Below, piece after piece: positions 48,284-56,414 of a DNA stretch of 64,000 nt. Numbering within the stretch: the stretch's first letter is position 1; every line of letters starts with the position of its first letter. The position numbers were made by a program, and so were the translations under genes. Source of the DNA: an uncultured Candidatus Saccharibacteria bacterium (GTDB lineage: Bacteria; Patescibacteriota; Minisyncoccia; Phycocordibacterales; CAYQYW01); assembly GCA_964421995.1 (NCBI GenBank), contig CAYQYW010000005.1, positions 2,203 through 66,202 on the forward strand. The letters are read 5' to 3'. The notes beneath the pieces are model-generated. The model ran no database searches and had not been told where the DNA came from. It saw only the letters and a list, made by a program, of their open reading frames with translations.

Positions 48284-50155
48284 ATGGAATACAGTGAGGC
48301 TAGAAAGCGATATCTTAAATTTTTTCAGAAACGAAAACATGCGATTGTTCCATCTGCATCACTTGTACCAATAAATGACCCAACCACTTTATTTACTGGG
48401 TCTGGAATGCAGCCAATGGTACCGTTCCTCTTAGGTGAAGCACATCCTAAAGGATCTAGGATTGTTGATTTACAAAAATGCTTTCGTGCAGAGGATATTG
48501 AAGAAATAGGAGATAATCGTCACACAACATTTTTTGAAATGATGGGGAACTGGTCTTTTGGTGATTATTTTAGAAAAGAACAACTTTCTTGGTATTTTGA
48601 ATTTCTCACAGACGAGATGGATATAGATCCAAAGAAACTTTATGTAACGGTATTTGCAGGAGATAAAGATTTTGATTTAAAAAGAGATGACGAAGCTATT
48701 AGTATTTGGAAGAAACTTTTTGCTGGAAAAGGTATAGAGGCAAAAGATATATACGTAGGAAGCGAAGAGCATGGTGCTAATTTAGATATAGGCGATGCTC
48801 GTATTTTTCAATATACCGCAAAGAAAAACTGGTGGTCTCGAGCCGGGATACCAAAAAATATGCCAGTCGGAGAAATGGGAGGTCCAAATTCTGAAGTATT
48901 TTTTGATTTTGGTACTCCACACGACACCGCTTACGGAAAATATTGTCATCCAAATTGTGACTGCGGAAGGTTTGTAGAGCTTGGAAACTCTGTTTTCATA
49001 ACTCACCTAAAAACAGATGACGGAAATTTTGTATTATTACCAAAAAAGAACGTAGATTTTGGTGGGGGAATAGAACGTCTTGTTGCTATTGCGAATAAGA
49101 ATCCTGATATATTTTCAATCAATATCTTCCAGGGGGTGATTGCAAAGCTTGAAGAACTTTCTGGAAAATCTTACGATCAAGATAAACATGCATTCCGGAT
49201 TATCGTTGATCATATTCGGGGAGCTCTCTTTATGATTGTTGATGGAGTTGTTCCTTCAAACACTGAACAAGGCTATTTCTTACGAAGGCTTCTACGACGA
49301 ATGATAGTACATGCTGATCGACTTACTATTCCTAAATATGGTCTTATAGAACTTCCTGAAATTATTGCTGTTGAGTATAAAGATGTCTACCCAGAATTAG
49401 TTGAGAAGATTTCATATGTACAGAAAATTTTTAGAGAAGAGGAAGAACGTTTCCGTGTCACTCTCACAAAAGGTCTTAAAGAATTTAAAAAGCTTTCTCA
49501 TAACACAAGTTTTATCTCTGGACACGATGCATTTATTCTTTTTTCTACATACGGATTTCCGTTAGAAATTACTATAGAATTTGCTGAAGAATGTGGAATT
49601 ACTGTTGACGAAGAGGCATTCCATGAAGAAATGAAAAAGCATCAAGAGGAATCACGAAAAGGGGTAGGGCAGAAATTTAAAGGAGGTCTTGCAGACAACA
49701 ATGAAAAGATAACTATGCTCCATACCACAACACACCTTATGCTAGCAGGACTTAGAAAATACTTGGGCAAAGATGTACACCAGGCAGGATCGAACATAAC
49801 TGTTGAACGTACTCGTTTTGATTTCACTCATTCTGAAAAAGTTAGTAGAGAAATTCTAAATAAGGTAGAAGAATATGTTAATAGGGCAATTCAAAATAAA
49901 TGTAATGTCATCACTGAACAAATACCAAAAGAAAAAGCAAAGGAACAGGGCGTCGAAGGAAGTTTTTGGGAGAAATATCCTGATACGGTGAATGTGTACA
50001 GCGTTGTTTGTTCAGACGGAACTGTCTATTCAAAAGAATTATGTGGCGGACCACATGTTAAAAACACAAAAGAAATCAAGGGCACCTTTAAAATCAAAAA
50101 AGAAGAGGCTAGTTCTGCAGGGGTAAGAAGAATAAAAGCTATTTTAGAAGAGTGA
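48284..50155 (+). CDS. alaS: Alanyl-tRNA synthetase (compact, no C-Ala domain)
   Basis: DPTTLFTGSGM, QKCFR, HTTFFEMMGNWSFGDY, editing HTTTH and ELCGGPH. Confidence 0.96.
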   Translation: MEYSEARKRYLKFFQKRKHAIVPSASLVPINDPTTLFTGSGMQPMVPFLLGEAHPKGSRIVDLQKCFRAEDIEEIGDNRHTTFFEMMGNWSFGDYFRKEQLSWYFEFLTDEMDIDPKKLYVTVFAGDKDFDLKRDDEAISIWKKLFAGKGIEAKDIYVGSEEHGANLDIGDARIFQYTAKKNWWSRAGIPKNMPVGEMGGPNSEVFFDFGTPHDTAYGKYCHPNCDCGRFVELGNSVFITHLKTDDGNFVLLPKKNVDFGGGIERLVAIANKNPDIFSINIFQGVIAKLEELSGKSYDQDKHAFRIIVDHIRGALFMIVDGVVPSNTEQGYFLRRLLRRMIVHADRLTIPKYGLIELPEIIAVEYKDVYPELVEKISYVQKIFREEEERFRVTLTKGLKEFKKLSHNTSFISGHDAFILFSTYGFPLEITIEFAEECGITVDEEAFHEEMKKHQEESRKGVGQKFKGGLADNNEKITMLHTTTHLMLAGLRKYLGKDVHQAGSNITVERTRFDFTHSEKVSREILNKVEEYVNRAIQNKCNVITEQIPKEKAKEQGVEGSFWEKYPDTVNVYSVVCSDGTVYSKELCGGPHVKNTKEIKGTFKIKKEEASSAGVRRIKAILEE

Positions 50156-50179
50156 CTTTAATCTCTTCTAAAATAGCTT
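50136..50179. repeat. Perfect 17-bp inverted repeat over the alaS stop
   Basis: aagctattttagaagag-10 nt-ctcttctaaaatagctt. Confidence 0.85.
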
Positions 50180-50253
50180 ATAACCTTGATGATTAAGGCA
50201 ATAAAAAGTATTAAGATAAATTCACAATTTTATTGTAGATCATTGAAATAATT

Positions 50254-50610
50254 ATGAAAACATTAAGAACAGTAAAAGGAGAGGCCATCTATTCGAAGCA
50301 TAAAAAGAATCGAAAAGACGATCCTTGTCCTCTGTGTAATGAAGAACTATTACACCATTTTACGTATTGGAAAGTAATTACCAATAGTTTTCCATATGAT
50401 CGTATTGCTCGTGTTCATGATATGGTTGTTCCAATACGACATGTTGTGGAAAATAAACTCACTAAAGATGAATTAGAAGAATATGAAGAATTAAAAAATG
50501 GCTTTTTAAGCGAAAAGTATACATATTTCATTGAGGTTTCAGCAAAAGAAAAAACAATATTAAATCATTTTCATATTCACCTTATAAATCTAAAAACAAG
50601 TTTTTGCTAA
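50254..50610 (+). CDS. HIT-family protein
   Basis: CPLC, NSFPY, VPIRH, HFHIH. Confidence 0.8.
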   Translation: MKTLRTVKGEAIYSKHKKNRKDDPCPLCNEELLHHFTYWKVITNSFPYDRIARVHDMVVPIRHVVENKLTKDELEEYEELKNGFLSEKYTYFIEVSAKEKTILNHFHIHLINLKTSFC

Positions 50611-50615
50611 CTAAT

Positions 50616-50765
50616 TTATATATCATCGTACTCTTTCTCACATTGAGGGCAACACATTCCAGGTAAAATGCACAGCCAACTACAACATTCTTTTCCAGGT
50701 TCAGGTTTGTAGTCCGGATTGTCTCTAAACTCTTCCTCAAGGGGGAATTTTTCTTGAATACTCAT
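50616..50765 (-). CDS. Putative 49-aa Cys-rich small protein
   Basis: Manual ORF MSIQEKFPLEEEFRDNPDYKPEPGKECCSWLCILPGMCCPQCEKEYDDI. Confidence 0.5.
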   Translation of the reverse strand: MSIQEKFPLEEEFRDNPDYKPEPGKECCSWLCILPGMCCPQCEKEYDDI

Positions 50766-50956
50766 TTTAGAATATTACAGAATTATTTTACTAAAATCAA
50801 ACAATGTCTCCGCCCTATGGGGTTACTGGTCCCATATGGATAAGACCATTGTCCATCTAAATATGGACGCTTTTTTGACAGTTCAAAAAACTCACAAAAA
50901 AAGTTACTTAGAATGGTAGGTCTCTGAATTAAGAAACTGGTATAGTATATGAGCAT

Positions 50957-51388
50957 ATGAAAAAGGATCAATCATTGGGAGTGGTAGTAGTTTGCAAGGG
51001 AGCTGTACCTAGATATTTATTGGTACATCACCAAACGGGACATTGGGCTTTCCCTAAAGGTCACCAAAAAGAAGGAGAAACTTCAATTGAGACGGTACAA
51101 AGAGAGCTGTATGAAGAAACGGGACTCAAGAATATTACAATTCTTGAAGATACTAGATTTACTGAAAAATATATTATGAATAATGATACTGAAAAAACAG
51201 TTCATTTCTTTATTGGTTTTTCAAATGAAGTTTGTGGAGGTCCAATTGATAAGTTTAAATATGAAATTTCTGAAGCAAAATGGGTAACGTATGATGAAGC
51301 AAAAGAATTACTTACCTATGTTGAAGCGAGAAATGTACTAGACGAAGTACTTGAGTATTTGAAAAAAAATGAAAGCACTAATCTTTGA
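50957..51388 (+). CDS. NUDIX hydrolase (Ap4A hydrolase-like)
   Basis: GHWAFPKGH..GET..ETVQRELYEETG. Confidence 0.9.
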   Translation: MKKDQSLGVVVVCKGAVPRYLLVHHQTGHWAFPKGHQKEGETSIETVQRELYEETGLKNITILEDTRFTEKYIMNNDTEKTVHFFIGFSNEVCGGPIDKFKYEISEAKWVTYDEAKELLTYVEARNVLDEVLEYLKKNESTNL

Positions 51389-51971
51389 TTTTGATGGAGT
51401 GATTGTAACAACGTCAGACTTTTCCTATGACATATTACATGAAATAAAACCTAGCTTGTCGAAAGAGAGGTTTTTACGGATGTTTGATGGAAATGTTAAT
51501 CATGGATTACAAAGAGAAAATATAACTAGTAAACTTCTTATCAATTACTTTTTTGGAAAATATTCAACTAAAATAATGAAAGTTGATCCTGTTGCTAAAA
51601 TAGATAGGGTGATCCGGAAAACATCAGAATCGTGTACTTTATTTATTGTGTCAGCTTCTTTGACATTCATCATTAACGAGTATTTAGAGAAAAATAACCT
51701 ACGTCGTTATTTTGAGGACATTCTTGGAAATGATATTGCGTATAGTAAGACAGAAAAAATAAATAGTATTTTGGAAAAATACACCCCAGAAGATTGTTTA
51801 TTTATTACTGATACGCTTGGTGATATTCTTGAAGGTAAGAAAAGTAAAGTGAAAACAATAGGTGTTACTTGGGGATATCATGATAGGGGTTCTATAGAAA
51901 GGGGAAATCCAGATTCTATTGTTACTAATCCCAAGGAACTACTTGAAAAGTTACAAAGTAGCTTTCTTTAG
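51369..51971 (+). CDS. HAD-family hydrolase
   Basis: FDFDGVI, FITDTLGDI, GVTWGY. Confidence 0.9.
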   Translation: MKALIFDFDGVIVTTSDFSYDILHEIKPSLSKERFLRMFDGNVNHGLQRENITSKLLINYFFGKYSTKIMKVDPVAKIDRVIRKTSESCTLFIVSASLTFIINEYLEKNNLRRYFEDILGNDIAYSKTEKINSILEKYTPEDCLFITDTLGDILEGKKSKVKTIGVTWGYHDRGSIERGNPDSIVTNPKELLEKLQSSFL

Positions 51972-51995
51972 ACTTTAAGAGTATTATTAGAGTAG

Positions 51996-52409
51996 ATGAC
52001 AGAGTTAGCTACATTTGGTGCAGGATGTTTCTGGGGGCCTCAATTAACCTTTAGCAAGCTTCCTGGTGTTGTTAAGACGGTTGTAGGATTTGCTGGGGGA
52101 GATACTGACAATCCAACCTATGAGGAAGTCAGTCAGGGAACTACGGGGCACAGCGAAGTAGTGAGGGTTGAATATGATCCAGAGAAAATTTCCTATAAAG
52201 CGCTTCTTGAGGCGTTTTTTTCTATGGATGCACCATACGAAGAGGCGATCACACAGTATAAATCTCTTATTTTTTTTCATACAGACGAGCAGGAAAAGAT
52301 TGCACGAGAACTGTTACCAGAGAATATTAAAACAGAAATTCTTCCGGCTGGAATGTTCTATGAAGCAGAAGAATATCACCAGGGTTATTTCAAAAAACAA
52401 GGAAGATGA
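51996..52409 (+). CDS. msrA: Peptide methionine sulfoxide reductase A
   Basis: GAGCFWG, TGHSEVV, FYEAEEYHQ. Confidence 0.93.
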   Translation: MTELATFGAGCFWGPQLTFSKLPGVVKTVVGFAGGDTDNPTYEEVSQGTTGHSEVVRVEYDPEKISYKALLEAFFSMDAPYEEAITQYKSLIFFHTDEQEKIARELLPENIKTEILPAGMFYEAEEYHQGYFKKQGR

Positions 52410-52771
52410 AAAGATATATATTACCCATGATGGTCCTTCTCTTGATTGCATTTATTACGTATCAGACCTTTGAGATTCAGGTGCATGATTTTGAATCCTG
52501 TGTAGAGAAAACTGGTACCGTAATGGAATCGTACCCACGACAGTGTATATATAGCGGAATAACGTATATAGAAGATATATCGGTTCTTTGTACTGAGGAG
52601 CAAAGAGACGCTCAATTTTGTACTGCAGATTATGCACCGGTCTGTGCAACAGTTTTGGTTCAGTGTATTACCGAACCATGTGACAGAGTGCAACAAACAT
52701 TTTCTAATTCATGTGGCGCGTGCTCTAATCGATTGGTGGGGTCTTATGTTCCCGGCGAGTGTCCTTCATAG
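52406..52771 (+). CDS. Secreted Cys-rich protein with Kazal-like domain
   Basis: Signal/TM, FESC..VMESYPRQC, CTADYAPVC...TFSNSC..C. Confidence 0.7.
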   Translation: MKRYILPMMVLLLIAFITYQTFEIQVHDFESCVEKTGTVMESYPRQCIYSGITYIEDISVLCTEEQRDAQFCTADYAPVCATVLVQCITEPCDRVQQTFSNSCGACSNRLVGSYVPGECPS

Positions 52772-52821
52772 AGGAGATTAAAAAGCTACGATAATTTACC
52801 ATTATAGGGTAGTATATAGAT

Positions 52822-52914
52822 ATGAAAAAAATTACTATAAAACAAGGAGTTGTAATGGGGGTCGCTCTCCTTGTAATATTTATTTTGTTTGGATTTGGAA
52901 ACCCCTTTTCATAG
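52822..52914 (+). CDS. Putative 30-aa single-TM microprotein
   Basis: Manual ORF MKKITIKQGVVMGVALLVIFILFGFGNPFS, followed by the hairpin aaacagccc...gggctgttt. Confidence 0.4.
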   Translation: MKKITIKQGVVMGVALLVIFILFGFGNPFS

Positions 52915-52985
52915 GAAGCGAAGTTAGTATTGAATTTAAACAGCCCGCCTTGTGGGCTGTTTGTGTTTAACGTATAGTTTGTGTG

Positions 52986-54152
52986 ATGAAATTTAGTATA
53001 CAGAAAAAACTTACTACTACGCTTGGTAGAGCGGGAATTCTTGAAACCCCACATGGGGTAATTAAAACCCCAGCGTTTGTTGCTGTTGGCACCAAGGCAA
53101 CACTCAAGGCAATGACACCAGAACAAATTGATGAATCAGGTGTACAGGCGGTTCTTGCAAACACCTACCATTTATATCTTCAACCGGGAGATGAGGTGGT
53201 GCGCGACGCAGGCGGCTTAAATCAATTCATGAACTATAGTGGCCCTACGATGACTGATTCGGGAGGATTCCAAGTATTTTCACTTGGTGCAGGGTTTGAT
53301 AAGACGGTCTCCAAGTTTACTACTCATACAAAAGAAGAATCCTTAGCGGTATACGACGAAGGAATACGCTCACAACATGGGCAACTTGCTATTGTTGATG
53401 AAGAGGGGGTGAGTTTCACCTCTCATATTGACGGAAGTTTGCATCGGTTCACACCAGAACGGTCAATTGAAATACAACATAACATTGGTGCAGATATGAT
53501 ATTTACTTTTGATGAGTGTACGTCTGCTGACGCACCATACAGCTATCAACAAGAAGCAATGAATCGAACACATCGCTGGGCAGGTCGTTCCCGTAAAGCT
53601 CATCGCCAAGGATTATCAAAACAAGCGTTGTTTGGAATTGTGCAAGGTGGAAGATACGAAGATTTACGAAAGCAGAGTGCGAAAATTATTGGAGGAATGA
53701 ATTTTGATGGATTTGGCATCGGAGGATCATTTTCAAAGGAAGATATAGGAACTGCAGTAAAATGGGTAAACGAAATTCTACCAGCTGATAAACCGAAGCA
53801 CTTGCTTGGTATAGGAGAACCACTTGATCTATTCTTGGGGGTTGAAAATGGTGCTGATTTGTTTGACTGTGTTGCACCCACTAGACTTGGACGAAATGGA
53901 ACCGTATATACAGAACATGGTAGAGTGAATTTATTCAATGAGAAATATATACGAGATATTACTCCGTTTGGGAACTATACATATGCGTATATGTCGCACT
54001 TATTCAGAGCAAAAGAAATGTTAGGTAGCACCCTTGCATCGATGCATAATGTTCGGTTTATTTCAGATTTAGTTAAAAATATTAGACAGTCTATTTTAGA
54101 CGATCGATTTTTTGAGTACAAAGAGGAATTTTTAGGAAAGTATTATGTTTAA
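52986..54152 (+). CDS. tgt: tRNA-guanine transglycosylase
   Basis: LANTYHL, TDSGGFQVFS, FDEC, IVQGG, HLLGIG, FDCVAPTR. Confidence 0.95.
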   Translation: MKFSIQKKLTTTLGRAGILETPHGVIKTPAFVAVGTKATLKAMTPEQIDESGVQAVLANTYHLYLQPGDEVVRDAGGLNQFMNYSGPTMTDSGGFQVFSLGAGFDKTVSKFTTHTKEESLAVYDEGIRSQHGQLAIVDEEGVSFTSHIDGSLHRFTPERSIEIQHNIGADMIFTFDECTSADAPYSYQQEAMNRTHRWAGRSRKAHRQGLSKQALFGIVQGGRYEDLRKQSAKIIGGMNFDGFGIGGSFSKEDIGTAVKWVNEILPADKPKHLLGIGEPLDLFLGVENGADLFDCVAPTRLGRNGTVYTEHGRVNLFNEKYIRDITPFGNYTYAYMSHLFRAKEMLGSTLASMHNVRFISDLVKNIRQSILDDRFFEYKEEFLGKYYV

Positions 54153-56112
54153 ACTTATATCAGACTACCTACCTGCTGGAGATCAGGTGGAAGCAATAAA
54201 AAAACTCATTGCTGGAATTGATAAACAACATCAGACGCTTTTAGGTGTGACAGGGTCTGGAAAGACGTTTACCATTGCAAACGTAATAGAAAACGTGCAG
54301 AAGCCAACACTTATTATTGCTCATAATAAAACATTGGCTGCGCAGCTTGCGCTTGAGTTTCGAGAGTTTTTTCCAAATAATGCAGTACATTACTTTGTTT
54401 CGTACTATGACTACTACCAACCAGAAGCCTATGTACCCGTAAGTGATACCTATATCGAAAAAGAGGCGCAGATTAATGAAGAGATTGATCGATTACGACA
54501 TGCAAGTACACAAGCGCTCCTTTCTCGGAAAGACGTAATTATTGTTGCTTCTGTTTCGTGCATCTATGGACTTGGTTCACCCCTAGAATACAAGAAAGTA
54601 CATATTGAGTTAAAGGTGGGAGGCATCGTCAATCGTACCGAGTTGATACGAAATCTAGTGCGGGTCTATTTTGAGAGGACAAATGCTGATTTACTGCCAG
54701 GGAAATTCCGATCAATTGGAAACACTGTTGAAATTATGCCTACTGCTGAAAAAGTAATTTACCGAGTTTCATTTTCTGGGCCTTTGATTGTGGCAATTAC
54801 AAAACTAAATGCAGTATCGCGTAGTGTGATCGAAGAAGTTGATTCCTATTTTCTCTTTCCTGCAAAACATTTTATAACTCCTAAAGCAGAGCGAAAAAGG
54901 GCGACTCGAGATATACAAAAAGAATTAGACGCGCGCTTGAAAGTGTTTGATGCTGAGGGAAAGATTCTTGAGGCTGAGCGGCTAAAAAGAAGAACAAACT
55001 ATGACTTGGCACTGATTAAGGAAATTGGATATTGTAATGGCATTGAGAATTACTCACGGCATTTTGATGGAAGGATGGAAGGGGAGCCAGCACATACATT
55101 GCTTTCCTATTTTCCAAAAGATTTCCTAACGGTTATTGATGAATCCCACGTTACGGTGCCGCAGATTGGAGGAATGTATGCAGGAGACCGATCACGAAAA
55201 AATACTTTAGTAGAGCATGGATTTCGTCTTCCTTCTGCGGTAGACAACAGACCCTTAACTTTTGATGAGTTTGAAGAGCGTGTTGGTTCAACCATATATA
55301 CGAGCGCCACGCCAGGTGTCTATGAGTTGGAGCATAGTGGTGAAGTGGTGGAGCAGATCATTCGGCCAACAGGACTTCTTGATCCAAAGATTGAAATTGT
55401 TCCTCTAGAAAATCAAGTGAAGCACTTCATTACTGAAGTAGAAAAAGAAATAAAGAAGGGAGGCAGAATACTGGTAACCACACTAACGAAAAAAATGTCA
55501 GAAGACTTGAGTGAATTCTTTAAGGAGAAGAAAATTAAGTCAGAGTATCTCCACAGTGATGTGAAGACCATTGATAGGATTATTACCTTAACAGATTTCA
55601 GGAAAGGGAAGTTTGATGTGTTGGTTGGGGTGAATTTACTTCGAGAGGGGTTAGATTTACCTGAAGTTACGTTGGTTGGAATACTAGACGCTGACAAAGA
55701 AGGATTCTTACGTTCTGAAACGTCACTCGTTCAAACAATTGGTAGGGCTGCTAGAAATGTCTCTGGTCGTGTGATTCTCTACGCTGACAAGATTACTGGG
55801 TCAATTGAGAGGGCTGTTGCTGAAACGAATAGAAGAAGGAAAATTCAAGAGGTATATAACAAGAAGCATGGCATCACACCCAAGACAATTACCAAAGCAA
55901 TTAAAGATATTACTGATCAAATGCAGTCAGAGCATCAAAGGACAGTGTCTACGTTGCTGATGGTAGATCGTGAGCTATACAAGAAAAACCCTAAGAAGCT
56001 CATTAAGCAAAAAGAACGACAAATGAATGCCGCAGTGAAGATTCTTGATTTTGAAACTGCTGCGATATTACGGGATGAGATTCGAGAGTTGGAAGAAGAA
56101 AGGTATAACTAA
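54145..56112 (+). CDS. uvrB: Excinuclease ABC subunit B
   Basis: GVTGSGKT, YYDYYQPEAY, DESHV, QTIGRAARN. Confidence 0.98.
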   Translation: MFKLISDYLPAGDQVEAIKKLIAGIDKQHQTLLGVTGSGKTFTIANVIENVQKPTLIIAHNKTLAAQLALEFREFFPNNAVHYFVSYYDYYQPEAYVPVSDTYIEKEAQINEEIDRLRHASTQALLSRKDVIIVASVSCIYGLGSPLEYKKVHIELKVGGIVNRTELIRNLVRVYFERTNADLLPGKFRSIGNTVEIMPTAEKVIYRVSFSGPLIVAITKLNAVSRSVIEEVDSYFLFPAKHFITPKAERKRATRDIQKELDARLKVFDAEGKILEAERLKRRTNYDLALIKEIGYCNGIENYSRHFDGRMEGEPAHTLLSYFPKDFLTVIDESHVTVPQIGGMYAGDRSRKNTLVEHGFRLPSAVDNRPLTFDEFEERVGSTIYTSATPGVYELEHSGEVVEQIIRPTGLLDPKIEIVPLENQVKHFITEVEKEIKKGGRILVTTLTKKMSEDLSEFFKEKKIKSEYLHSDVKTIDRIITLTDFRKGKFDVLVGVNLLREGLDLPEVTLVGILDADKEGFLRSETSLVQTIGRAARNVSGRVILYADKITGSIERAVAETNRRRKIQEVYNKKHGITPKTITKAIKDITDQMQSEHQRTVSTLLMVDRELYKKNPKKLIKQKERQMNAAVKILDFETAAILRDEIRELEEERYN

Positions 56113-56306
56113 CGTGAGTGTTTAATAGCTGAAAGCGCTAGGATAAAAGCAGTAGGTACTGCTACCCAACTTACCCAAAAAGGTATGAGAGTTCCATTCA
56201 CCGCAAGCTCCCATCCATTGTATGCTCTCACTCCATGGAGGAGTCCTACAAATGTAAAGATTACTCCACTGACAATTATATAGAATTGTTTACTTATGTG
56301 TATCAT
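56109..56306 (-). CDS. Small two-TM membrane protein
   Basis: IFTFVGLLHGVR..GW, IPFWVSW. Confidence 0.65.
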   Translation of the reverse strand: MIHISKQFYIIVSGVIFTFVGLLHGVRAYNGWELAVNGTLIPFWVSWVAVPTAFILALSAIKHSR

Positions 56307-56414
56307 TACTTTAGTATACTACTCTCCAGTAATCTTGTAAGTGGATAGTTCCTTTGCTATAGTGCATACATCCCCACTCACGGGGAGATTTAGCGTATAG
56401 CCATAGGGCACAGG

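Noticed and set aside
50783-50971. 62-aa minus-strand ORF
   Set aside because: It overlaps the NUDIX start and has no recognisable features; insufficient support.
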